A stretch of DNA of 64,000 bases from Octopus vulgaris (taxonomy: Eukaryota), in contig OX597818.1 in the NCBI GenBank assembly GCA_951406725.2, positions 16,616,001 to 16,680,000 on the forward strand. Reading direction: 5' to 3'. Each line of letters starts with the position of its first letter. Within the stretch, counting starts at the first letter, position 1. The notes beneath the pieces were generated by a model. The model saw nothing but the letters and a program-made list of their open reading frames with translations, searched no databases and was not told the origin of the DNA. Of the stretch, positions 14,828 through 26,829 are shown piece by piece. The translations under genes were made by a program, and so were the position numbers.

Positions 14828-15074
14828 ATTTATAAATATATATATATGTATATATATCTATATTTAAATATCGATCTTATCAAGTGACCAGCATGGGAAT
14901 AAATGCCATACAAAGGTAATAATTATTTAAAACTATAAATAAGGGTACCTGAGAGATACCACCATGCCGAAACAGCAGTCAAGACTCCGACTCCAAAAAC
15001 CACCTTAAATGTTCATATCGCGCCATGAGATAAGACAGAGACAAAATAACACACACACATACACACATGTGCAT

Positions 15075-15365
15075 GTCTTTGTGTTTGTCTGCCACCCCCA
15101 CCCCACTTGGCAATCAGTGTTGTTTTGTTTACATCCCCATAATTTAGCAGTTCTGCAAAAGAGACCGATAAGATAAATTCAGGCTTTAAAAAATAAGTCC
15201 TGCGGTCAATTCGTTCGACGAAAACTCTTTAAGGTGGTGCCCCGGGATGGCCGCAGTTCAATGAGTGAAACAAATAAGATACATATCCATGGTGTCACGC
15301 TGTGAGATCGAACCTAGGACCTCATTACTGCGAACGAACTTCTTAAATAATTGGCCATGTCCGCG
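15075..15365. mobile_element. SINE family A tail (+) abutting a diverged SINE head (-)
   Basis: Tail motif AAAAGAGACCGATAAG...ATGGCCGCAG, then GATCGAACC (reverse B box). Confidence 0.65.
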
Positions 15366-15839
15366 TTTCATATACTATCCACTTAGTCCTTAGCGTTATC
15401 TGATTAGCGTGTGACAAACAGTAGAATGCTTGACTAACTACTTTAGATTGTTTTTAGTTTCATCTCGCTGGATTCTCATCACATTTAGATCAGCCTTTGT
15501 CTTTCATTCAATCATCTATAATACACTCCTTTTTCCTTAAAAATTTCGTGACTCTGTGCTAATGTATCGTTTTGAGCAAACAGTGTCTTCCATTAGTGTT
15601 TCAAACTTGTATCGCTAATTCTTCCGAAGATATACCAACCAATATTCCTTCCTTTTCTTTGTATTTCCATTCTGTTCGTTGCAGACCGTCCGTCGCAATT
15701 GTACTAGCTTTTGCTATTACTAACAGTATAACCCGGCCTTGCGCGGGATTAAGTTACTATTATTAAGCTAATCAAGTTCTTTATTTCAAACCAAACTAAA
15801 TAATATCGACGTCAAATTTGGGTGAAATTCGTTGAAATT

Positions 15840-15931
<92 letters not shown>

Positions 15932-16109
15932 TATAGATAAGAAAGTTGGTTTGTGAAAGCACGTGGGTGAATATATAGAAAATAGTAAAGAGTGAAAAAA
16001 CTACAGAAGGCTTAAATGTTAAAAAATATATATATTTGCGTCAATATGTCTGAAGAATATTAGAAATTTTTTTTTTGTTTTTTTTTCCTCTTATAATGAC
16101 ATAATTTAA

Positions 16110-16148
16110 AAGAAAGACCGGTTTCGCGTGTAGCTTTTCAAATTTCTT
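16110..16148 (-). ncRNA. Minimal hammerhead motif with U3-A8 covariant core
   Basis: AAGAAA-U-UUGAAAA-GC(UACAC)GC-GAAAC-CG-GUC-UUUCUU, with palindromic stem III ACCGGU. Confidence 0.7.
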
Positions 16149-16257
16149 GCGACGTTATGTTTATGTTGAATAGAGTTTTCGTTATGTTTATGTTCAGGAG
16201 AGTTCTAAATAAGGGAAGGTAGTGAGTGATTTCTTCCGGTGTAAGGGAGATAATCGC

Positions 16258-17912
16258 TTAAAAATTTTTTCCTTTCCCTTGGTGTGAATTTCTCTGTATC
16301 AGTATGTTCGGATGGTTGAGTCTGGGCTTGTACTTTTCAATGAAGAATGTTTCCTTGTTTAGTCTAATTTGTGTTGATGATCCGAAAGCACATTGGTAAA
16401 ATGGAACGATTAAAAATTGTGGTAGTAGTTGCTTTCTCAATGTGCTCACTAAAAGGTATCATTCTATATTCTGGGAATGCAATCTGTTGTCGATGCAGTG
16501 TGCATCTACGTCTGAGTGATAGTCCCGTGGAACCCACGTAGTCTTGGTGGCAGCCCGAGCATTTTATGACATAAATTATGTTTTCAGAGGCACAAGTAAA
16601 GTTAAATTTGATCTTGAATTTCTGTCCCTCTTTAAAGAGGAATTCTGATCCTTCTAACAGGTTAGGACATGTTGCACAGTTCGATCTACCACATTTTTTT
16701 ACTTTTGCATCCGTAATTTCAGAAGACAATTTTGCCTTTGTGAGAATCTTTTTGAGTGATTTAGGCTGTTTGTAGCTTTTAATGATTTGGTGTATGTTTA
16801 GAATTTCCTTTAATTTGGGGTCTTTATGAAGTATTGGTAAATTCTGGGTGATGATGGTGAAGGCTTCTTTGTTTCTGGGGTTGTATGTAGATATGTAAGG
16901 TAGTATTTTCGGGGAAGGTGTGTTGTTGTGTTGAACTTTTCTTAAAGTTTCTATGTTGATTTCTGTTGCACGTCTGATCCCATCCTCTATGAGTTGAGCT
17001 GGGTAATGTCTGTCAATTAGGGTGTTTTTTGAGTTCTTGCAGTCTAAAGTTCCTGGTATTTTGTTCTGACACTATTGTGCATATCCTTCTTGCAAGGTTG
17101 AAGGGGATGTTTGTTTTAGTGTGTCTTGGGTGGCATGAATTAAAAAGAAGGTATTGTTTGGCGTCTGTGGCTTTGTAAAAAATGTCTGTTTCTATTTTAA
17201 GGTTAATTTTTTTAATTAGTATATCTAAGAACGGGAGCTCCTTTTGGTTGTATTCCATTGTGAACTGTATATTTGGGTTTATGCTGTTCAATAGGTTTTT
17301 AAATTTTAGGAGTTTATCTGTGTTTTTATTCCAGAGAATAAAACAATCGTCTAAGAATCGTTTCCAATTCTCTTTTATGTATTGAGAGAGGGGGTTTCCA
17401 AAGATTGATAAAGATTCCTGATAAATGATTATTTCCATGTATCCCATTGTTAAGTTCGCAATGACTGGTGCTGCCCTTGTACCCATAGCAATTCCGGATG
17501 TCCATAAGTAGACTTAGTCTGTGTGTTTCACAGGTTGGGCCAGCTACAATGGGTCGTAGTTTTAGGTCCCCCGGGTTAGGTGTGTGTATGTATGTCTTTG
17601 GTGATTTTTTAATGGTTTCATTTATAATTTGACTTTTATGAATTTTTGGCAGACCATAGGAAAGGCTAGGTTTGCATTTAAAGTTTGTTAGGAAGTCAAT
17701 CTCTTTGGTTGTTAGTTCCTTTTCATGGGTTTTAATTAGTGAAGATAGAGTTTTCATTATTTTTTGTGGGGTGTAGTTGGCAATTTTTTCATAATCTAGG
17801 TCGTCATCAAGCAAGGAAATTACAAGATTTCTGTAGTATGATGTATCCATTATTACAACTGCATTTCCTTGTCTGCTTCCTTAATGGTTATATCCTCATC
17901 ATTTTGAAGTTC
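16258..17912 (-). pseudogene. PLE reverse transcriptase plus GIY-YIG endonuclease, frameshifted and internally deleted
   Basis: YGLPKIHK, LRPIVAG, AMGTRAAP, WKRFLDD, LPFLDI, YLLFNSCHP, CGRSNCATC linker, NIIYVIKC...YVGSTG. Confidence 0.93.
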
Positions 17913-17913
17913 T

Positions 17914-18150
17914 TGTGAAACACACAGACTAAGTCTACTTATGGACATCCTCCTGAAACCCTTCCTTAAACATATCGATAGCCATATCAGAGATGACTTA
18001 GATATGTTAAACCACTTTCCAAAAAAAGCCAAGGAAGAAACAATCTTGGTTTCATTTGATGTAGTTAACTTATATACCAGTATACCTCATAATTATGGAC
18101 TGGAGGCAATACAGTTCTGGTTAGACCAATTTCCGGAAGAAATACCAAAT
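17914..18150 (+). pseudogene. Inverted PLE RT segment (motif A)
   Basis: MDILLKPF...LVSFDVVNLYTSIP. Its first ~37 bp are the reverse complement of 17496-17532. Confidence 0.9.
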
Positions 18151-19008
18151 TGTAACCATTTATATTGTGTAATTCACTGACAAATTGTTACCTACCTCTT
18201 TGTTTCTATGTTGCTAAATAAATGGATTCTCAACAAAACTCTTTCGCACCCAAAGTAATGTGTGTGTGTGAGAGAGAGAGAGAGGGAGAGAAAGATGAAC
18301 GATTTAAAATAAATAAATGATTTAAAATAAATATATTTTAATTGTTGTGTGAAAAAGTATACATAATCTGATTATAAAATATAGTATCTTTCAAAAATAT
18401 GAAGACTATATCTCATGTTTAAGAAAAAACAAAAGATGTTAGATTTTATTTTTTATGAACGCTGTTACTTACCCTCCCTCTCTGTATCTCTCTCTCTCTC
18501 TCTCACTTTGTCTTAACTTTTTTTTTGTTAGATGCTGTCAGACTCTGCCTCTTTCCCACTTTTTTTATCTTGTTTTTTTTTGTTAGACGCTGTCAAACTC
18601 TCCCACTCTTCTTTACACATACTTTTTCTTTACTTTTTTTGTTAGACGTTGTGAAAATCTCTCTCTCTCCCTCACACACACACACACACACACACACATA
18701 CATCAACACACAACTTCTCTTTCTCTCTCCCTCACACACACATTTTCGCTTGGCTATGGTTAGAAGGGACTTAACTCATGTTAGCAACCTTCAAAATTGG
18801 TAAAAGCTATGGTTGAAAATAGATTTTGACCGCTATCCGCCGGTGCCTCGGGAAAAAATAAGTTGACAAAACCCAGGTAGGATGGTGACGAATGTCCTCT
18901 TAAAATTGGAGCGATATGCGTGCTAATTTGTGGACGTGCATAAATTACATTCACGTACACACACATACATCATGCCTTTTATAGATACAGATTAGTTATT
19001 ATTCCCCC

Positions 19009-19069
<61 letters not shown>

Positions 19070-19086
19070 TAGTCCAACAGGCTTTG

Positions 19087-19147
19087 GGGATCTGACGATA
19101 CACCATAAAGATAAACCCTTTATGGACGGGAAACCTAAGGTAATCCC
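19087..19147 (+). ncRNA. Type I hammerhead motif, isolated
   Basis: GGGAU-CUGACGA-UACA-CCAUAAAG(AUAAACC)CUUUAUGG-ACGG-GAAAC-CUAAG-GUA-AUCCC. The base of stem II is mismatched. Confidence 0.7.
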
Positions 19148-19240
19148 ATAAACCGACCTTCCCCATTTTTAATATATACTGCTTCTTCTTTCGGAATTAT
19201 TTTTTCTACAAACGATATATTTTCTTTTCTTTTTTTTTTT

Positions 19241-19590
19241 GTTTCGGTCATTTGACTGCGGCCACACTGGAGCACCGCCTTTTAGTCGAACAAATCGACC
19301 CCAGGACTTATTCTATCGGTTCTTTCGCCGAACCGCTAAGTTACGGGGGACTTAAACATACCAACATCAGTTGTCAAGCAATGGTTGCGGAATAAATACA
19401 GACACACAAACATATACATACATACATATATATATAAATATAAGACGGGCTTCTTTCAGTTTCCGTCTATAAAGCTTTGGTCGGTCCGAGGCTATAGTAG
19501 AAGACACTTGCCCAAGATGCCACGCAGTGGGACTGAACCCGGAATCATGTGGCTGGTAAGCAAACTACTTACTACTCAGCCACTCCTGCG

Positions 19591-19592
<2 letters not shown>
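19241..19592 (-). mobile_element. SINE family A
   Basis: Reverse complement of 19651-20070 with small deletions. Confidence 0.9.
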
Positions 19593-19650
<58 letters not shown>

Positions 19651-19652
<2 letters not shown>

Positions 19653-19816
19653 CGCAGGAGTGGCTGTGTGGTAAGTAGCTTGTTTACCAACCACATGGTC
19701 CCAGGTTCAGTCCCACTGCGTGGCACCTTGGGCAAGTGTCTTCTACTATAGCCTCGGGCCGACCAAAGCCTTGTGAGTGGATTTGGTTGACGGAAACTGA
19801 AAAGAAGCCCGTCGTA

Positions 19817-19849
<33 letters not shown>

Positions 19850-20070
19850 GCGTGTGTATGTTTGTGTGTCTGTGTTCGTCCCCCTAGCATTGCTTGACAA
19901 CCGATGCTGGTGTGTTTATGTCTCCGTTACTTAGCGGTTCGGCAAAAGAGACCGATAGAATACGTACTGGGCTTACAAGAGAATAAGTCCCGGGGTCGAG
20001 TTGCTCGATTAAAGGCGGTGTTCCAGCATGGCCGCAGTCAGATGACTGAAACAAGTAATTGAGTAAAAGA
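19651..20070 (+). mobile_element. SINE family A, full length
   Basis: A box TGGCTGTGTGG, B box GGTTCAGTCCC, CORE-like CACCTTGGGCAAGTG, internal (TA)n, conserved tail. Confidence 0.92.
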
Positions 20071-20109
20071 GTATATATATATATACACACACACACACAT
20101 ATAGATATA

Positions 20110-20237
20110 CACGCGATCTGATCAATAAGTATCCGGACTGTTGCCATAGTAACGAAGCTAAAGCACGTAGTGTGAATCCGCTTGGCACAGATTGACCTTG
20201 AACTCTGCTGTGCATGCGCACTAAGTTTTAACATTCG
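20110..20237 (+). mobile_element. Isolated mariner-type terminal fragment
   Basis: CGCGATCTGATCAATAAGTATCCGGACT resembles a mariner TIR (compare TCAATAAGTA in the 36673 TIR). The partner end is absent. Confidence 0.5.
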
Positions 20238-20247
20238 TGGTTCTGTC

Positions 20248-20296
<49 letters not shown>

Positions 20297-20430
20297 CTGT
20301 CTATCAATCTATCTAGCTAGATGTCTGTCTCTGTTTATCTCTGTCCGTCTGTCTGTCTGTCCGTCTGTCTCTCTCTCTCCCTCCCTCCCTCCCTCTCTCT
20401 CTCACTCTCTCTCTCCCTCCCTCCCACTCT

Positions 20431-20498
<68 letters not shown>

Positions 20499-20810
20499 TT
20501 GTGAGTGTTGGTGTGCGCGCGTGTGTTTGGTCGTATAAACGGATGAAAAGTAGCAGAATCTTTTTTATGTATTTCTAGATATTGATTTCAGACAAAAAAG
20601 CCTCAAATTTCTCCTCTGGTACTTATTGGATCAACTCCAGAACGATAAAGGATGCAAGTGACTTCGAAAGGATTCGAAATCAGAACTTTAAAAGGTGTAA
20701 ATATAAACTGTAATCTGTTTTTCTTTCTGTTTTTTTTTGTTTCCTTTATTTTTCTGACGCTTTGCAGATCCTCTCAAAACATTGCCCTTTATAATATATA
20801 ATTATATGTA

Positions 20811-21778
20811 GGCGGCGAGCTGGCAGAAACGTGAGCACGCAGGGCGAAATGCGTAGCCGTATAATGTCTGCCGTTATGTTCTGAGTTCAAATTCCGCCGA
20901 GGTCGACTTTGCCTTTCATCCTTCGGGGTCGATAAATTAAGTACCAGTTACGCACTGGGGTTGATGTAATCGACTTAATCTCTTTGTCTGTCCTTGTTTG
21001 TCCCCTCTATGTTTAGCCCCTTGTGGGCAATAAAGAAATAAGAAACGTTAGCACGCCGGGCGAAATACTCAGCGGTATTTCGTCTGCCGCTACGTTCTGA
21101 GTTCAAATTCCGCCGAGGTCGACTTTGCCTTTCATCCTTTCGGGGTCGTTTAAATAAGTACCAGTTACGCACTGGGGTCGATATAATCGGCGAGCTGGCA
21201 GAAACGTTAGCATTTCGTCTTTCTTTATGTTCTGTGTTCAAATTACGCCGAGATCGACTTTGCCTTAAGGCGGCGAGCTGGCAGAATCATTAGTACGCCG
21301 GGCGAGATGCTTAGCGGTATTTCGCCTGCCGTAACGTTCTGAGTTCAAATTCCGCCGAGATCGACTTTGCCTTAAGGCGGCGAGCTGGCAGAAACGTTAG
21401 CACACCGAACGAAATACTTAGCGGTATTTCGCCTGCCGTTACGTTCTGAGTTCAAATTCCGCCGAGGTCGACTTTGCCTTTCATCCTTTCGGGGTCGATT
21501 AAATAAGTACCAGTTACGCACTGGGGTCGATGTGATCGACTTAATCCGTTTGTCTGTCCTTGTTTGTCCTCTCTGTGTTTAGCCCCTTGTGGGTAGTAAA
21601 GAAATAGGTATTTCGTCTGTCTTAAAGTTCTGAGTTCAAATTCCGCCGAGATCAACTTTGCCTTTCATCTTTTCGGTGTCGATAAATTAAGTAAATTAAG
21701 TACCAGTTGCGTACTGAATCTAATCGACTAGCCCCCTCCCACAAAATTTCGGGCCTTGTGCCTAGAGTAGAAAAGAAT
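20811..21778 (+). mobile_element. Head-to-tail array of about six SINE family B units
   Basis: Repeated GGCGGCGAGCTGGCAGAA...GAGTTCAAATTCCGCCGAG...GCCTTTCATCCTTTCGGGGTCGATAAATTAAGTACCAG (Nin-domain-like). Confidence 0.92.
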
Positions 21779-22259
21779 ATATAATTATATGAATATGTAT
21801 TACGTATCGATCTCTCTTTCTCCCCACTCTCTCTTTCTCCCCACACTCTCTCTCTCTCTCTCTCACTCTCTCTCTCTCTCTCTTCCTCACTGTTCTCTCT
21901 TTCTCCCTGCTCTTTCTTTCTCTATTGAATTCATCCTCAGTGTTGTTAGAGCACCCGCACTCACAAACTATGTTGAAGATACCAAAACAGCTAAAGCAAC
22001 AAAATTCTTGATGGTGTGAACGACCTACAAATGACTTCAATGTCATATATACCAGTGAGCTTGTGAGAACATATGCAATTCAATACTAGAAAATTTTAAG
22101 CACTCTGCTATCAGCTCTCTACGACATTGCAACTTGACTGCACAAGGAGGGCCAGCAATCCTACAGTTAAAAACAGAAAACGAAAAAAATCTGCGTGACC
22201 TGAAAATTGTAATTTGTAATGACGCATTATAAACCTATGTGCATAATATTACAAAAGCA

Positions 22260-22770
22260 TTCCGCCAAGGTCGACTTTGCCTTTCATCCTTTCGGGGTCG
22301 ATAAATTAAGTACCAGTTACGCACTGGAGTCAATGTAATCGACTTAATCCCTTTGTCTGTCCTTGTTTGTCCCCTCTGTGTTTAGCCCCTTGTGGGTAGT
22401 AAAGAAATAGGTATTTCGCCTGCTACTACGTTCTAAGTTCAAATTCCGCCGAGGTCGATTTTGTCTTTCATCTCTTCAGAGTCGATAAATTAAGTACCAT
22501 TCAAATACTGGGATCGATGTAATTGACTATTCCTTCCCCCAAAATTTCAGGCCGTGTGCCTATCGTTGAAAGGATTATTAAATTTGTACATCGTTAGGAC
22601 GCTGGGCGAAAAGCTTAGCGACATTTCGTCCGCCTTTACGTTCTGAGTTTTAATTCCGCCGGGGTCGACTTTGCCTTTCATCCTTTCAGGGTCGATTAAA
22701 TGGATATCAGTTGAGCACTAGAGTCCACGTAATCGTTTAACCCCCACCTCTGAAATTTCAGGCCTTGTGT
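22260..22770 (+). mobile_element. Three further SINE family B units
   Basis: Same B box and central domain motifs. Confidence 0.88.
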
Positions 22771-22974
22771 AGTAAGGATATTACTATGAAGGCAACGACA
22801 TACTGACGACTAGTGTCATCGATCCTGAGAGCTATAACAAGAGATGTTAAGCTGCTGCTGAAGAAAACAATTGCTAACAGTTGTCCGAATTGTTACTCTC
22901 TTCTATGGTCGGTCCCTTCATCGCAAGGTCACTACTTAAATGGATGCAATTCCAGTTCAAAGGATTCCGTATCC

Positions 22975-23525
22975 TTTATCTTTTACTTGCTTCAGTCATT
23001 GCATTGCAGTCATGCTGAGGCACTGCTTTGAAGGGTTTTGTCGAACAAATCAACCCCTGTACCTATTTTGAAAACTTGGTACTTATTCTATCGGCTCTCT
23101 TTTTTTTTTTTTTTTCGCCGGACCGCTATGTTACAGGGACATAAGCAAACCAAAACCGGTTGTTAAAAAAAAAAGAACAAACAAACGCGCACGTGTGCGT
23201 GTGTATATGTGTGCGCAGGACATCTTTCAATTTCCATCTATCAAATTCGCTCAGAAGGCTTTGGTCGAACCGGGTCTGTAGGAGAAGACACTTGCGTAGG
23301 GTGACATGCAGTGGACTAAGCCCAGAACCATGAGATTAGGAAGCAAACTGTTTCATTGATGACGATAAATTACATACAAGACGGCTTCTTTCAGTTTCCA
23401 TCTATCAAATCCATTCACAAGGTTTTGATGAACCCAGGACTTTAGCAGAAGATGCCGAAGGTGCCCTACAGTGGGACTGAGGCCGAAACCATATGGTTGG
23501 GAAGCAAGCTTCTTACCGCACAGCG
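22975..23525 (-). mobile_element. Diverged SINE family A copies with the head region present twice
   Basis: TTTCCATCTATCAAAT...AGAAGA...GGAAGCAA occurs at ~23230 and ~23395; tail at 22975-23165. Confidence 0.75.
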
Positions 23526-23689
23526 TCTATAAGAAGTAAACTATTGGAAGAAGTTGAAAACTTTACGACTTTATTTAAGTATTAATTTAAGATTATACTG
23601 TGTAACACGATTTTTGTCCTTGGGCAGCAATAGTTATTACCTATATCCTTACCCCTAGCTAACATTTCCTTCAAACTTATGTAACATTC

Positions 23690-23870
23690 ATTCAAACTTC
23701 AAATAATCCCTTTTAGCACATGACTATGAGTCTCTCCCACTACACCTGTTCATGATCGGAGATGCACATATTGTCAGCCATACTAGGGACATGTTTCAAG
23801 TTGTTATGGTGAAGCAACTGACAAACAAATCTGTGGTATTGAGCAGAATATTTGCTATAACAATATTTCT
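23690..23870 (-). repeat. Diverged partial copy of the 26197-26735 element
   Basis: GAGATGCACATATTGTCAGCCA...AATCTGTGGTATTGAGCAGAATATTTGCT matches the reverse complement of 26284-26380. Confidence 0.8.
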
Positions 23871-24794
23871 GCTTCAGCAATTCAGTGCTGAATCTGTCTG
23901 AAATATAATGGAAAATAGGTCAGTTTCAAAACAGTGATGCCCAGGTCACAAAAGCAAAGTTTGCAGGGAATAGCAGTCATTTCCTTTGAATTCTAGATAG
24001 AAGCAAATAAGGCAGAAAAAATAAAATGTTACACAGTCATTTTATCATAGCAAGTGAGGTCCAGGCTTTTGGCAAAATCGTTAGAAAAATATCTTTCGGT
24101 ATTAATTCCTACTCATTATGTTCTGATTTCAAATCTCATTGAGGTCAACCATGCCTTTCATTTTTCCGGTATCAGTAAAATAAAATACCGGTCAAGAACT
24201 GAGATTTGTGGTATGATAAGTACCATCTCCTCAAAATTGCTGGTAATTAAAGAAAGTTTGAGAATAATATGAATAACATTTGCAGATGGAAAGACTCAAT
24301 ACCAAAAGCAAACTCAAATTTTTCTAATAAACTCCTTATTGATAGAGAATAATAATCCTTTCACCCGACGAAATTATAAAATTCTTTTTTGTCTTATTTA
24401 ACCACATAGGTTAAATAAAACGAAAAAAATTTACAAAACTTTATCCAGTTGACAAGAGATATGTAGTAAATTTTAGTTGGAAGCACTTAAAGGTATGATA
24501 TCAAATCTCAGCATCGAAAGCCATAAGGGATTTAGGAAGTGAGGATTCGTAGGATACAATGATGGTTTCTGTCAATTCCTGAGGATAATTTTATTCAGCT
24601 GAATACATGTCATTGACTGGTTGAAATTACTGAAATACAACACGAAATAATTTCGAAAATAGAAACTTTTCTCAACAACGCTAAGAGTAAAAGATGTTCT
24701 ATATGACACATTCTACCAGTATACGAAGTTTCAAAGTGTTTAGTTAAAGAAAATTAATTAATCGAGCTGCCCATGAAAAGTAAAAGATCCATCC

Positions 24795-25355
<561 letters not shown>

Positions 25356-26024
25356 TGATCAGTCTGCATTTTTAATGAACCACAGCCGAGCGAGAAGCCT
25401 TCCTCTAAAGGCCCAGCTTCATTTTCGCTGTTACAATCAGAGTTTCTTCGGAAGCTCCTGTCTCTCATAAACTGAGGTAAGGTAACGTTCGTCACCATCG
25501 TCATCACCACTGTTATTTTTCGACATCTGAAAGTTTCAAGCAACTTTCAGTTGCATCATTTGTGGCACCTTTGTGCTGGTGGAGTGGTACGTGCTGCATT
25601 TGGGGATAATATTGTTTGGTATCGGTACGTTTTGTTATGGGATTTGGTTTGAGTCTTCTGTTGTATTAGTTCTTATACTGCAAGTTGTTTGTGCAGCGCA
25701 GGTTGTGTTCTTCTATCTGGTATCAGCTTTGTATGGCAAATGCTGTCGGTTTTGGTCATTTTGTTGGGTATTTACAGTATGAGTTTATTCTTATATGTTT
25801 TTGGAGAGGTGTTGCATAGTAGTGTGCGTAACTCATAAATCAACTGTTTTATAGTATTTATGATTATTCATCTATTTTTCTTTGGGTCCAATTTGCTACA
25901 TTCACTCAGAGTATATGAACCGTTTTAGTTTTGATGCCACACACCCTAAAAAGGGACGATTCACAACTCTTATCTATATGGAACTTGGTGTAATCAGTTT
26001 TCAGAGCTTGTCCGGGGATGGAGG

Positions 26025-26128
26025 GATGCATATCAATGCTTCAGTACATCCTTTCAGGACAATTTTCTTTATGTATCTCCAGATGTTGGTCTTGTCTTTC
26101 TCTTCGATAGTCTTCATGTCCCAGTTGT

Positions 26129-26130
<2 letters not shown>
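26025..26130 (-). mobile_element. Small Dong/R4 LINE fragment
   Basis: Minus strand translates NNWDMKTIEEKDKTNIWRYIKKIVLKGCTEALI, homologous to NNWKIK...KDKINTWRCLSKSGLNGCSEALI at ~33000. Confidence 0.65.
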
Positions 26131-26196
<66 letters not shown>

Positions 26197-26735
26197 CAGG
26201 CAGTGGCTCTCATGGCTTCTGATCTTAACTGATTGGAAGTGTTATCATGTACATTGTTTTGTCTTGGTATAAAAGATGGGCTACAGCAAATATTCTGCTC
26301 AATACCACAGATTTGCTTGTCAGTTGTTTGACCTTAACCAGTTGAGCATGTCCCTTAGTGGCTGACGATATGTGCATCTCTGATCACGAGCAGAAGTAGT
26401 GGGGGAGCATCATAGCCATGTGTTGAGAGGGATTCTTTGGGGTTTGAATAATTCACCTCTGGAAACATGGGTGGTTCTTTCAACATCCTTAAACAACCCT
26501 TATTCAAGGACCTTTTGAGCGGGATGGGCTACTCAACCTGAAGAAAATTCTAACTGGACCCCACCTGCAAGGTCATGTGCTGTTTATCTTGATATGAGAT
26601 CACCATGTCGCGCACATATGGTTGTGATGCATGTGCCTGGTATACCTTTATCAGACGGGTAGTCATGATGGGTATATTGGGCTTCGTATATTTTACCCCA
26701 GTGTCACTTTGATGGCATGCACTGCTCTCTCACTC
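26197..26735 (+). mobile_element. Non-coding ~540-bp retroelement piece inserted in (AAT)n (LINE 3' UTR or SINE-like)
   Basis: Bounded on both sides by pure (AAT)n; a second copy lies at 23690-23870. Confidence 0.6.
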
Positions 26736-26771
<36 letters not shown>

Positions 26772-26829
26772 TTTCAAAAACTGGAACATCTACAATCTCC
26801 TGTGAGTATTTTAAATTCCCCTCAAAATA

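Larger units (their letters stand above)
15938..18150 (-). mobile_element. Penelope-like element (Neptune-like), rearranged, with an inverted 5' segment
   Basis: RT and GIY-YIG fragments on the minus strand, RT motif A segment on the plus strand at 17914-18150, hammerhead in the 3' pLTR, 3' end abutting (TA)n/(GATA)n. Confidence 0.9.
15720..18991 (-). mobile_element. Non-autonomous Helitron interrupted by a PLE insertion
   Basis: Minus strand starts A|TCTGTATCTATAAAAGGCATGATGTATGTGTG and ends CCCGCGCAAGGCCGGG-TTATACTG-TTAG|T (hairpin plus CTAG-like end, AT target). Confidence 0.6.

Noticed and set aside
14885-14990. Half hammerhead (GCATGG...CCATGCC-GAAAC-AGCA-GTC)
   Set aside because: No CUGANGA core precedes stem II; at most a truncated relic.
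20811-21778. CRISPR-like regularly repeated array
   Set aside because: The units are SINE copies with no unique spacers, there are no cas genes and the context is eukaryotic.
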